In this document: positions 50,004 through 59,541 of the stretch, in pieces
How the letters are laid out: each line of letters begins with the position of its first letter
How positions within the stretch are numbered: the first letter of the stretch is position 1
Assembly: GCA_937949725.1 (NCBI GenBank)
Contig: CALECT010000048.1
Coordinates: 6,626-70,625 of the forward strand
DNA from: an uncultured Pseudanabaenaceae cyanobacterium
GTDB taxonomy: Bacteria; Cyanobacteriota; Cyanobacteriia; PCC-9006; JAAUQQ01
DNA: 64,000 nt
Direction: 5' to 3'
Program-made: the position numbers and the translations under genes
The notes under the pieces: model-generated
The model's database searches: none
Told to the model about the DNA's origin: nothing
What the model saw: the letters and a program-made list of their open reading frames with translations, nothing else

Positions 50004-50658
50004 TTGGGCTCAGTCGCTGACAGAGGCTGACTATAACAACTCCAAAAACAGTCATCAGTCCCCCTCGTTTGAGTCATCTGATTGAATATCTTGGCCAGCC
50101 TGAGCCCCCTCGCTCTCGGCATTGGCCTGCACCTGAAAGCCAGTGGCATCGCCGGCGTTTTGCTGTCCAAAGGAAGGGGTTAACTTCACACCCATTAAGG
50201 TAAACCCCAGCACTTCGATCCGCGTAGCGATAGCCCCACAGATCAAACCAGCCCAGAGAAATGCTAGGCACCCCCAATACGCACCATCCCAGAATCTATG
50301 GACCGCTAGGTTGGGAGGGGGGAATCTATAGGGGGAAGCAGTCGGCCCCCTTTGGCGGGCCAGAAAACAACTGCGGAGGGCTGGCCCTCATGGATTTGAG
50401 GCTGTTGGCTTTGAGGCTGCCTGGATTTGAGGTCGTTGGCTTTATCGCAGTGAGACAGAGTTTCCAAACGGTTCAAACAAAACCTACCCGTTATTCCCCA
50501 CATTGCCAATCCTCCGCAAAAACGCGGCATTTTCCTCTGGACGATGCTCTGTTTTACTTCCTGGGAATCTTAAATCTACTGGGTCACTCTATCTATATGC
50601 GGCTTCACCGCCAACCAAATCTCGGCTTTACCGCCTGCCAATATTTCCTTTGTTCCCT

Positions 50659-52305
50659 ATGCAACTCTCTCTCTCGGTTTGGCAGCAACTGCGCCGTCGT
50701 GAACTCTCCTGTCAAGCTGCATTGTCGCTGCTCGTGGATGAAGCGGGGGACGTGAGCTTGCCATTGCTGGATGGGGAGGTGAGTCAACGTTTCTTTCGGG
50801 AGTTTCAGCAGCCTCAGCTACTGCCGCCGCTCTTGCCCCTGTTGCTTTGGCAAAACTGCTATTACGTGGGCTCGCCAGTGACGTTGGATGAGCCAGTGCT
50901 GGCTGGGCTGCGCGCAAGCCTGCTGACTGAACTGCGTATTATTCCAATCAATGAGAAGAGCTATCGCACTTGGTTTCACAGCCAGAATGCAGACCCCAGT
51001 GGTATTAGTGCTGAACCGTTGGTGAATCCCATTACGGGAGAGACGGAACAGGAGGATATTGGTGAGGTTACGGAGCTATATTTAGCCCAGGCTGCGGACC
51101 AGATGGGGCGGCTGAATACGATTATTTCCGGAGCTTTGCGTAATCGGGCGAGTGATATTCATTTGGAACCGGGGCTGGATGGGCTGCGGGTGCGTTATCG
51201 CATTGACGGGGTTCTGCGGGACATTACAACACTGCCGCGAGAGCTGAATCGCCGCGTGATTGCGGCGCTGAAGGTGATGGCAGAAATGGATATTTCCGAG
51301 AGTCGGCGGCCCCAGGATGGTCGCATTGGTCAGCAGTACAGTAGCCAAACTGAGGCTCCGGTGGGGCTGGATATGCGGGTGAGTACTTTGCCCTGTATGG
51401 GCGGTGAGAAGGCGGTGATTCGGTTGCTGCCCCAACAAAATCCGTTTGAGTCTTTAGAAGATTTAGGCTTTGAGCCAGAGCCTCTGGAAATTTTTCAAGG
51501 TTGGCTGTCTCAGCCCCAGGGCATGGTGGTGCTGACGGGGCCAACGGGGTCGGGGAAGACGAGTACGCTGTATACGAGCTTGCAGGCGATCGCCCAGGAA
51601 TCGGTCAACGTCGTCACCGTAGAAGATCCTGTCGAATACGTTCTACCTCGCATCACCCAAACCCAGGTCCAAGAAAAAGCCGGCATGACCTTCTCGGCTG
51701 GCCTACGAGCAATTCTGCGCCAAGACCCCGATGTGATTATGGTGGGGGAGATTCGCGATGAGGCGACGGCAGAGACGGCGGTGCGGGCGGCTCTAACAGG
51801 ACATCTTGTACTGACAACTTTGCATACGAATGATGCGGTGAGTACGATTCCTCGGTTGAAGGATGTGGGGCCAGATCCGGGCTTGCTGAGTGATGCGCTG
51901 TTGGGGATTGTGGGGCAGCGGCTGGTGCGGCGGGTTTGCCCCCATTGTGCAACGCCTTATATGCCGACAGAGCGGGAATTGCGATCGCTCCATTTATCCC
52001 CCAAGGATGCCAATCTAAGCCAGTGGCGTAAGGGGCGGGGATGCCACCGCTGTTTTTATTCAGGGTATTTGGGACGGGAGGCGATCGTGGAACTGCTGGA
52101 TGTGGATGATGCGGTGCGGCGCTTGATCTATAAGGGAGATCAAGAAGCCTTGCAGGATCACCTCTTGAAAATTGGCTTTTACTCGTTCAGGGAATCGGCA
52201 CTGATGAAAGTTTGCCAAGGCAAGACGACTTCGGAGGAGGTGCTGCGGGCTTTGCCTCGTAGTGCATTGGAGCAGCCTCAGGTCATCGAGGCTTCACCCG
52301 CTTAA
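50659..52305 (+). CDS. GspE/PilB-family secretion ATPase
   Basis: Walker A LTGPTGSGKTSTLYTSL, Asp box DPDVIMVGEIRD, His box GHLVLTTLHTNDA, and a tetra-Cys motif CPHC...CHRC. ATG 50659 is preferred over the track start at 50503. Confidence 0.85.
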   Translation: MQLSLSVWQQLRRRELSCQAALSLLVDEAGDVSLPLLDGEVSQRFFREFQQPQLLPPLLPLLLWQNCYYVGSPVTLDEPVLAGLRASLLTELRIIPINEKSYRTWFHSQNADPSGISAEPLVNPITGETEQEDIGEVTELYLAQAADQMGRLNTIISGALRNRASDIHLEPGLDGLRVRYRIDGVLRDITTLPRELNRRVIAALKVMAEMDISESRRPQDGRIGQQYSSQTEAPVGLDMRVSTLPCMGGEKAVIRLLPQQNPFESLEDLGFEPEPLEIFQGWLSQPQGMVVLTGPTGSGKTSTLYTSLQAIAQESVNVVTVEDPVEYVLPRITQTQVQEKAGMTFSAGLRAILRQDPDVIMVGEIRDEATAETAVRAALTGHLVLTTLHTNDAVSTIPRLKDVGPDPGLLSDALLGIVGQRLVRRVCPHCATPYMPTERELRSLHLSPKDANLSQWRKGRGCHRCFYSGYLGREAIVELLDVDDAVRRLIYKGDQEALQDHLLKIGFYSFRESALMKVCQGKTTSEEVLRALPRSALEQPQVIEASPA

Positions 52306-52729
52306 GGGACTTCCAAGGAATAAAGCATCCGCAGTCAAACCGTTCCAACAGAGCTGCATTCAACTCTTGCCAGTTTGGCTTCGCTTGGCTGCTGTGAGCT
52401 AAAGTTCACAGCTCAAAGCTCAAGTCCGTTAAAACGGACTGAAAATCCCTAGGCGCTTGGATTTCAGCCCACTTTAGTGGGCTTTCGCTCTTAGCCTGAG
52501 GATTGATCCCCAGGCGTTTCGGCGAGGAATTCCAATCGCTATCAGACCAAGGTTGGGATGCTTTATTTCTGGGACCTCCCTAATTTGCCTTTTACAACAA
52601 CTTTCATGGGATTGGCTTGTCCGACTTCTGAGGTGGAGATTGTGAACAAATATGCCAACTGCGTTGCATCGCTCCGGTGCCGAAACCAAGCTAAGTAGAG
52701 GTTAATTCCAGAACGGAGAGCTTGTCAGC

Positions 52730-54223
52730 ATGGCTAAGAAGAAAGGGAAAAAGCGAGCATCCAAGTCTTCTTCTGGTCAAAGCCGCTCTGGTGGTGGTTT
52801 TGGCACTAAGCAAAACTTTGAGCAAGAGATCAATAAAGTTAAGCGACTGCTGAGCCGAGCGGAAGATCAAGCTGTTCTCGATTATCTCCAAGAATTGACC
52901 CAGCGTTATCCCGGCCAAGCCGAGCTGCTAGAGCTTCAGATGACGATCGCCGCAGAGCTTCAGGAAGGGCTCACCTGCGGCAAAGCAGCTGCGCAGCTGC
53001 TGGAGCTAGATCCCAACCATGGCGATGGCCTCTACATTATGGCCAGCATGGCATTGCAGAAAATCCATCCCGTCTTGGCCTGGCATTTGAGCCAGCGAGC
53101 CCTGGCCCAGGATGACGAACACCCAATGACTGAAGGGATTCTGGCAGTGATGGGGAAGATTGAAGAAGGCCTGGATGAACTGGTGGCTGAGGTTGAGGGC
53201 CTGCCTCGGGAGGAGGCCATTGAACTCCTGATTAACCATGAGTGGGGGCAGTTGTATCTGGGCTGGGGGGAGTATGAGAAATGCAAGGCTGCAGAACTCA
53301 GGGTCATTGCCCAAAAGCCTGACTTTATGCCCGCTTACAACAACCTCAGCTTAATTGCCCTGACAACTGGGGATGTGGAGGAGGCAATCGTCCAGGCCGA
53401 AAAAGTCCTTAGCTTCGAGCCCGAGAATGTTCATGCCCTCGCCAATCTCATCCGCTATTGCTTTCTACAGGGCCAGCCGGAGCAGGCCCAACCGTTTGGT
53501 GAGCAGCTTAAAGCCAGCCAGGCTGATGCTTGGGACCCTTACACCAAGAAGATTGAAGGCTTGACTTATTTGGGCGATACGGCGGGCGTTTTGGAGATTT
53601 GGCAGCAGGCTGAGGCTGCGGGAGAAGCTTCCTCTGATTTATTGGGAGGTGTGGTTTTCCATTGGGTCGCCGTGGCCCAGGCGAGAATGGGGAATCTCAC
53701 AGTGGCGAAACAACTCTGGAGAGAAGCGCTGAAGCGATCGCCAGATCTAAAGCTGGCCCAGGCAAATTTGGATGACTTGCTTCTACCGCTGGGCCAACGC
53801 AATGGGCCATGGGAGTTTGAAGGTCACGATTGGATGTCTCCACCGCTGCAAACGGGCCTTCTGGAGATCCTGTCGTCTCTGAGCAAAAATAGTGATGACC
53901 CCCGCTTTTTGCCTAAAGCATTTCATCGGCTTTGCGCAGACTATCCAGGCTTGACGACCTGGCTCGAAACGATGCTCACGCGAGGGGATTTGTTTGGGCG
54001 GCAGATGGCAGTGGAGTTGATTAAAGAGGTGCGATCTCCTGAGCTTTTAGACATCCTCAAATCGTTTGCCCTTAGCGCCCATGGTCCTGATCGTTTGCGT
54101 AATCAAGTGGCAGAATTCTTGGTGGAAGAAGATGTGCTGACGTCGGGAAATATTCCTATGTGGTCTAATGGGGAGCAAACAAATGTGGCTCTGTCGGAAT
54201 TTTCAAATGCATGCAGCGTGTGA
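52730..54223 (+). CDS. TPR-like helical-repeat protein (hypothetical)
   Basis: 497 aa. It has a Lys/Ser-rich N-terminus followed by TPR-like helical pairs (AELRVIAQKPDFMPAYNNLSLIAL, AIVQAEKVLSFEPENVHALANL). Confidence 0.6.
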   Translation: MAKKKGKKRASKSSSGQSRSGGGFGTKQNFEQEINKVKRLLSRAEDQAVLDYLQELTQRYPGQAELLELQMTIAAELQEGLTCGKAAAQLLELDPNHGDGLYIMASMALQKIHPVLAWHLSQRALAQDDEHPMTEGILAVMGKIEEGLDELVAEVEGLPREEAIELLINHEWGQLYLGWGEYEKCKAAELRVIAQKPDFMPAYNNLSLIALTTGDVEEAIVQAEKVLSFEPENVHALANLIRYCFLQGQPEQAQPFGEQLKASQADAWDPYTKKIEGLTYLGDTAGVLEIWQQAEAAGEASSDLLGGVVFHWVAVAQARMGNLTVAKQLWREALKRSPDLKLAQANLDDLLLPLGQRNGPWEFEGHDWMSPPLQTGLLEILSSLSKNSDDPRFLPKAFHRLCADYPGLTTWLETMLTRGDLFGRQMAVELIKEVRSPELLDILKSFALSAHGPDRLRNQVAEFLVEEDVLTSGNIPMWSNGEQTNVALSEFSNACSV

Positions 54224-54230
54224 GTTCACG

Positions 54231-54563
54231 TTAGGTGGATGAGTTTGGGCTGGGCCGATTGCGCTTGAAGCCGTTGCCGTAGACGATGATTTCGACGCCG
54301 CCTTCGACAACTGATGGGTTGGCGATTTTGACGCCGATGACGCCGTCGTAGCCTTTGGTTTTGGCTTTTTGTTCGAGTTCTTTGAGGGCGTCGTCGAGGG
54401 CGGTGCTGATGAGTTGTTCGTAGTGGACCATGCGTCCGCCGGTGAGGTTTTTGAGGTTTTCGCGGATGTCGTTGACGACGTTGGCGGCGCGGATGATGAC
54501 GACGGTGAGGAGTTCGCCGATTTCTAGGTTGGGGTCGGGGGAGTGGTCGAGGCTGATGAGCAT
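54231..54563 (-). CDS. YbjQ-family (UPF0145/DUF74) protein (paralog B)
   Basis: [51 protein letters not shown]...[29 protein letters not shown] is highly similar to 37893-38213. Start ATG 54563; the track extension to 54710 runs through a dispersed repeat. Confidence 0.85.
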   Translation of the reverse strand: MLISLDHSPDPNLEIGELLTVVIIRAANVVNDIRENLKNLTGGRMVHYEQLISTALDDALKELEQKAKTKGYDGVIGVKIANPSVVEGGVEIIVYGNGFKRNRPSPNSST

Positions 54564-54957
54564 AGTGAGCGGTGCCTTGGCTGTTGAGTGCTTGGCTTGG
54601 TTCCCCGCTCCTTTAGGAGAGGGGCTAGGGGAGAGGATGTCTTGTCTCTTGTTGGTTTGGGTTTGAGCTTGGCTTGTCCGAGCCGCAAATCCGTGGGGAA
54701 CTCTCCCCACACCCCAGCCGTAGGGACGGAAGGCCGTCCCTGACGGGTCACCCTCGCTAATGTTTGGGTTGCTTCACCTAAAGATTACTTGGCGTTTGAC
54801 CAACTGAGGAACGTTCAAATTTAAAGGACTATGCGGGAGCGGATTGGGTCTTTACCAAATGCTTGACGCCAACAGATCAACTGCTCCTCCCATTTTCCAA
54901 GGGGAGGCTGGGAGGGGTGGATTTCGATTCCGGCTAGCTGATGGTCTAAGCTTCATC

Positions 54958-56841
54958 TCAGTCTTTAGGCTCGATGGTGTTTTTGCTTGCTCTGAGTTGA
55001 GCAAGCTTCTGGCGGATGGTGAGGATTTGGCGGTAGAACCAGAGACCGATCGCCAACAACAGCAACAAGCCCCCTACAATCCCTGCGCCCAGTAATCCAA
55101 TGGACAACCCACCATATTTGGTCAGGACGAGTTGCCAGGCGATCGCCCCTACAGCAACTGGCATAGCACTCTTCAACAAGTCCACAACACTCGACGGTTG
55201 CTGCCAAAACTGTATCGCAGCGTTGATGTCTTGGCTTTGGACGATGTGGGTCATAGCTTCGGCGTTTTTGATGGTGGCGGAGCCGTTGTCGAGGAGGTAT
55301 TTGATCAGGTCGTTGGCGTCACTTTGTTGGAGGTCGGTGATGTAGCCGGAGAGGCGTTGGAGATCTTGGGCGGTGACGTGGGTGGTGAGTTGGATGAGGT
55401 TGGGGGTGGCGATGGTGAGCAGTCTGCGAATGTCGCTGTTGTTGAGCAGGGATAGTTTGGCGATCGCAGTGGCATCATCCAGGCTGAGGATGTCTAGCAG
55501 TAGTGAACGATCCAATCCATCGCGGGATAGATGCTTATACAGCTCTAGCTCGACGACTTGATTAATCTGGTTTCCGGCTAGCTCGCTCCAGGCGACGGCT
55601 TCGGGGATGCTGCCGGTGGTTTTGATGATGTCGCGGCTGCTGGGGGGTAGGGTGAGAGCCTGGGCAAAGCTGCCGTCTTGGATGGCGGCGATGAGGTTGC
55701 GGCGGCCCATGTTGTCGAGGGCGATGCCGACGAGGGCGGTGATGCTGGCTAGGTCAGTTGTGTCACCAAGTAGGGCTTGGAATTCGGGAAGGTCTTCGGC
55801 GAGGGTGAGGGTTTCGCGGTAGTCCTTTTGGAAGTCGAGCCAGTTGGCGTAGAGGTCGGTGGCGATTTCGCGGGCGATTTGGGGGGATTCGCCGCCGATG
55901 TCCTGTTCGATGCTGTTGCTAATGGCGTTGCGGAGGGTTTGCTTGACGATGGGGGATTGCAGTTGGCTTTCGATTTCGCTGAAGGAACCGGAGAAGCTTT
56001 GGGCCAGGTCGGAGACGATGAGGGCGCCGCCGAGGATTTCGCCGACGAGGGGCAGGGCAGTGGTGCCGAGGCGACCGAGGACTCTGCCGCTAAGTTGGGA
56101 GAAGACGCGTTTGGCCATGCCTCGGGTGACGCGGCGGGTGATTTGGGCGATCGCAATACTGGTAACGCCGCCTGCTGCCAGGCCGTAGGAGCTGATGTAT
56201 TTGCGGCTTTCGGGGGAGAAGCTGGTGATGATGTCGGCGGCGCTGGCTTCGGCGGTGGCGTCGGTGCGTTGGTCGAAGCGGTCGAGGAAGGTTTGGGAAT
56301 ATTGGCCGCTGATAAAGGTTTGCAGGCAGCTCATGCCGTAGGAGGCGGATTGAACGGTGGCGAGTTCGATTTCATCGGCGAGCTGTTGGCTGACGTTGTC
56401 GGCGAGTTTTTGCAGGGCGGTTTGGAGGGTGGGGTCGTTGAAGGTGGCGGTGGTGATGCGATCGCCCAGTTCCTCTGCTTTGCTGGGGCTCCAACTGCTG
56501 GCGAATTTGTCGAGGAGTTTGGTGTCGCCTTGGAGGGTGGCGACGGCTTGGCTAGCGGCGTTGTCAATCTTGCTGTCGAGGTTGAGGAGTTGCCATTGGC
56601 GATTGACTTGGGCCTGGAAATCAAAGTGGGTTTCGTTGTCGAAGAAGCCCTGGATGGTGCGGGTGAGTTCGGGGCGCAGTTCGGCTTCGCTGATGGCTTG
56701 GCATTGCTCTGGGGTGATGCTGCTGCTCTGACCGGTCTCTGGGCTGGTGAGGACGGCGGCGTAGGCGAGGCTGGGCTGGAGCCAGAGACTTAGGGCCAGG
56801 AGAAAGGCGATGAGCTTTTGGCCAGGGAGAGGCAGCAACAT
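54958..56841 (-). CDS. large signal-peptide / C-terminal TM protein of unknown function (paralog B, GC-rich copy)
   Basis: 627 aa. It has a signal peptide (LIAFLLALSLWLQPSLAYA) and a C-terminal TM segment (LSIGLLGAGIVGGLLLLLAIGLWFY). Collinear with 36029-37903. The many overlapping track ORFs on both strands are skew artefacts. Confidence 0.8.
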   Translation of the reverse strand: MLLPLPGQKLIAFLLALSLWLQPSLAYAAVLTSPETGQSSSITPEQCQAISEAELRPELTRTIQGFFDNETHFDFQAQVNRQWQLLNLDSKIDNAASQAVATLQGDTKLLDKFASSWSPSKAEELGDRITTATFNDPTLQTALQKLADNVSQQLADEIELATVQSASYGMSCLQTFISGQYSQTFLDRFDQRTDATAEASAADIITSFSPESRKYISSYGLAAGGVTSIAIAQITRRVTRGMAKRVFSQLSGRVLGRLGTTALPLVGEILGGALIVSDLAQSFSGSFSEIESQLQSPIVKQTLRNAISNSIEQDIGGESPQIAREIATDLYANWLDFQKDYRETLTLAEDLPEFQALLGDTTDLASITALVGIALDNMGRRNLIAAIQDGSFAQALTLPPSSRDIIKTTGSIPEAVAWSELAGNQINQVVELELYKHLSRDGLDRSLLLDILSLDDATAIAKLSLLNNSDIRRLLTIATPNLIQLTTHVTAQDLQRLSGYITDLQQSDANDLIKYLLDNGSATIKNAEAMTHIVQSQDINAAIQFWQQPSSVVDLLKSAMPVAVGAIAWQLVLTKYGGLSIGLLGAGIVGGLLLLLAIGLWFYRQILTIRQKLAQLRASKNTIEPKD

Positions 56842-57008
56842 TAGCGATGGAGCAGTGTTGATAGCAGAGGTTGGGATGGGCGCTAGGGCTTAGACAGCGC
56901 TTAGCCTCTAGGCTTTACCACTATGGCAGAGTCGTGATTATTTTTGCTGGAGGCGATGGAGAAGTTGATGATGTCTCAATTCGTTATGCTAGGGCTAGTA
57001 CGTGAGGC

Positions 57009-57311
57009 ATGATCATGACTCCCCGAGAACAGTTAATTCAGGAGGTGTTGCAGGCACCCGATTCTTTGGTGAGTGCTTTGCTGAAGTTACTGCGTTTGGT
57101 CAGTGCTGGACAGGTTGGCATTGCTCATCGGTTGGCTCAGCTTGTTGAGAGCTTTGATGAATCGGCTTCTGTTGAGGATGATCGTGCTCCAGCCTTGATT
57201 TATAAAGATGGTGCTTTGGTTGTCGGTGGGGAGTTATCTGAGAATTTGGATGTGAACCAGTTCATCTCCGATTTGCGTGAGGAACGTATTCAAGAGCAGA
57301 TGGGGCTGTGA
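57009..57311 (+). CDS. putative antitoxin of a VapBC-type pair
   Basis: 100-aa ORF whose stop overlaps the downstream PIN gene start by 4 nt (GTGA at 57308-57311). Confidence 0.6.
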   Translation: MIMTPREQLIQEVLQAPDSLVSALLKLLRLVSAGQVGIAHRLAQLVESFDESASVEDDRAPALIYKDGALVVGGELSENLDVNQFISDLREERIQEQMGL

Positions 57312-57742
57312 AGGTTTTATTTGATACGTCTGTCCTGGTTTCGGCGTTGGTTGTTAGCCACCAGGTCCATGAGTTGTGTTTACCGTGGCTTTTGCAAGCT
57401 CAGCGTGGGGAAGTTGACGGTTTGGTTTCGACGCACACGTTGGCAGAGCTGTATTCGGTGCTGACTCGTTTGCCTTACCGTCCGAAGGTTCGTCCTGAGC
57501 AGGCTCAACAATTGATTGCGGAGAACCTGAAGGATTTTGACAAGGTGGTTTTGGATGAGGGTGATTATCAAGTGGCGATCGCTCAAATGGCGCAGCTCAA
57601 TTTACCGGGTGGCGGTATTTTTGATGCGTTGATTGCTCGGGCTGCGGTGAAGGCTGATGTAGAGGTGCTGTTGACGCTCAATGCGAAGCATTTTGTGCGT
57701 TTGGGTGAGGATGTGGCTAGCCGAGTCCAAACGCCATCTTGA
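57308..57742 (+). CDS. vapC: PIN-domain toxin (VapC family)
   Basis: MKVLFDTSVLVSALV has the N-terminal acidic PIN residue. Conserved FDALIA and LLTLNAKHF are typical VapC motifs. Confidence 0.8.
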   Translation: MKVLFDTSVLVSALVVSHQVHELCLPWLLQAQRGEVDGLVSTHTLAELYSVLTRLPYRPKVRPEQAQQLIAENLKDFDKVVLDEGDYQVAIAQMAQLNLPGGGIFDALIARAAVKADVEVLLTLNAKHFVRLGEDVASRVQTPS

Positions 57743-57753
57743 ATTGCTGCTTG

Positions 57754-58113
57754 CTAGGTAGAAAATACCAACTCGCGTTCAACGGCAACCTGTAAGGCTT
57801 TGGCTTTGCGCACCATGCCGGAACGGTAGAGCTTCATAAGGAAGTCCAGCTCTTGGGTTTCGGTGTTGGTGATTTGGCCTTCGCTTTGGCGTTCTAGGAG
57901 GTGGCTGAGGTTTTGTTGTTGGGGCTCGTCGAGCTGTAGGTCGCAAATGGCTAGGACTTGGCTGTCGGGCAGGGTTTCGATGGGGAGTTCGGTGAAGCTG
58001 TGGGTGAGCCATTCGAGGAGGATGTCTTCGAAGCGCTGCTGGGTTTGGCTGGCGAGTTGTCGGGCTTGCTGGGCGATGGATTCTGGGATTTCGAGGGTGA
58101 CGGATTCAGCCAT
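57754..58113 (-). CDS. hypothetical small protein
   Basis: 119-aa ORF (MAESVTLEIPESIAQQARQLASQTQQRFEDILLEWL...). The coding strand is C+A-rich and I recognise no motif. Confidence 0.5.
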   Translation of the reverse strand: MAESVTLEIPESIAQQARQLASQTQQRFEDILLEWLTHSFTELPIETLPDSQVLAICDLQLDEPQQQNLSHLLERQSEGQITNTETQELDFLMKLYRSGMVRKAKALQVAVERELVFST

Positions 58114-58260
58114 GGGGATTCTCCTCGGCGCATTTGCCTGGTTAAAGTTTAGCCTGACTGGAATGGCTCGGGTTTGAGTTTGTACGACGCTTTACGGGCA
58201 GATAGGAGATGCAAGCTAAACTAAGGCTGTGTCTCGTTTTTGTGAGCGGAGCCCCTTGCC

Positions 58261-59052
58261 ATGCCCTCGCCGTTTCCTGGCATGAATCCCTATTTAGAGA
58301 GCAAGGCGCTGTGGCCGGAGGTTCACCATTGGCTGATTACGTTGCTGGCTGGGTCTTTGGTGGCGGAGCTGCGGCCTAAGTATCGTGTGGCGATCGAGCA
58401 TCGGGGTTACGAAATGGTGGATGGGGAGTCGCTGATGGTGGGGATTCCGGATGTGACGGTGGCGCGGGGAAGTGCGGTGCCCCAGCATCCTGCTGGGGTG
58501 GCGACTGCGCCAACCTTGCCTCAGCCCTATAAGGTTTCGATTCCGATGCCTGAAGAGGTGCGGGAGGGTTATTTGGAGGTGCGGGAGGTAGCGACGGGGT
58601 TGGTGGTGACGGCGATTGAGCTGTTGTCGCCGAAGAATAAGCAGGCGGGGGCAGGGCGAGCGGCCTATGAGGAGAAGCGGCTGAAGGTGTTGGGCAGTCA
58701 GGCGAATTTTGTGGAGATTGATTTGTTGCGAGGGGGGCGGGCGATGCCGACGGTGGGGGCTGGGGCTCCGGAGCGGGATTATCGGATTGTGGTGAGTCGG
58801 GCGAAGCAGCGGCCTGGGGCTGATTTATATGCGTTTGGGTTGCAGGAGGAGATTCCTCGGTTTTTGTTGCCGTTGCGGGCTGGGGATGTGGAGCCGGTGG
58901 TGGATTTACAGGCGTTGGTGCATCGGGTGTATGAGGAGGCGGGGTTGGATTTGGCGGTGGATTATGGGGAGGCCGCGCCACCGCCGAAGCTTTCGGCTGA
59001 GGATTTGGAATGGAGCCAGGCTTTGATTGCAGATGCCGTTGATTTGGAATAA
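58261..59052 (+). CDS. DUF4058-family protein
   Basis: The N-terminal MPSPFPGMNPYLE...WPEVHHWLI signature is typical of DUF4058. Codon usage is G/T-ending. Confidence 0.75.
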   Translation: MPSPFPGMNPYLESKALWPEVHHWLITLLAGSLVAELRPKYRVAIEHRGYEMVDGESLMVGIPDVTVARGSAVPQHPAGVATAPTLPQPYKVSIPMPEEVREGYLEVREVATGLVVTAIELLSPKNKQAGAGRAAYEEKRLKVLGSQANFVEIDLLRGGRAMPTVGAGAPERDYRIVVSRAKQRPGADLYAFGLQEEIPRFLLPLRAGDVEPVVDLQALVHRVYEEAGLDLAVDYGEAAPPPKLSAEDLEWSQALIADAVDLE

Positions 59053-59061
59053 CGGTCTCAG

Positions 59062-59412
59062 TTAGCTGACAAGTCTAAACTGTTGTAACAGCCACTGCCC
59101 GACTTGGGATTGGTCTTGGCTGCGGCTGAGGCGGAGGGCTTCTTGGAGGGTGTCGATGCTGAGGCCGGGGAGGACTTGGGATTGAGCGATGCGTTGGCTG
59201 CCGTTTTGGCCGTTGTGGTGGGTGATGGCGAAGGCGACGATGCGGGCGTTTTGGACGTCGATGACCCAGTATTCGGGGATGTTGAGGTCTTCGTAGAGGA
59301 GGCGTTTTTGGCCGAGGTCGTCGGAAAGGCTGGTTTTGGAGATTTCGATGACGAGGTCTGGTGGCTCGTTTTGGTCGAGGTCGATAATGCCGCCTTGGGG
59401 GATAAGGGGCAT
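59062..59412 (-). pseudogene. 5'-truncated Uma2-family (DUF820) endonuclease fragment
   Basis: Only the C-terminal core is present (PPDLVIEISKTSLSDDLGQKRLLYEDLNIPEYWVIDVQNARIVAF). The expected N-terminal region of about 80 aa is replaced by a MITE end at 59411-59451, which also supplies part of the apparent ATG. Confidence 0.7.
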
Positions 59413-59451
59413 GGCTGATTCATTCTCAAATGAGACAAGCTGGAACCATTA
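59411..59451. mobile_element. solo end of the 12084-12204 MITE family (inverted orientation)
   Basis: atggctgattcattctcaaatgagacaagctggaaccatta matches the reverse complement of 12164-12204 at 38 of 41 positions. Similarity ends after about 41 nt, and I found no second TIR downstream. Confidence 0.75.
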
Positions 59452-59541
59452 AACGGACAGATCTAGAGATTGCGGGTGATGATGCGGGTCGCAAGCATCC
59501 TAACAAGTGAGGCCGTTGCTACAAAGGGATAGATGCTTTGC

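Noticed and set aside
54564-54710. The N-terminal 49-aa extension of the YbjQ-B track ORF
   Set aside because: The paralog at 37893 and the family consensus both start at MLISLDH. The extension crosses a G-rich dispersed repeat (ggagaggggctaggggagagg).
54965-56793. Ten alternative ORFs overlapping the 627-aa gene, including a 338-aa plus-strand ORF at 55777-56793
   Set aside because: The same skew artefact applies. The 338-aa product is a G/A/E/V low-complexity string. The minus-strand 54958-56841 product is collinear with an independent paralog at 36029-37903, which validates that frame.
58294-59026. The 201-aa Pro-rich antisense ORF 58376-58981 and others overlapping the DUF4058 gene
   Set aside because: The composition is extremely Pro/Ala/Ser/Thr-rich, typical of the antisense strand of a G+T-rich coding strand. 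The plus frame carries the conserved DUF4058 N-terminal signature.
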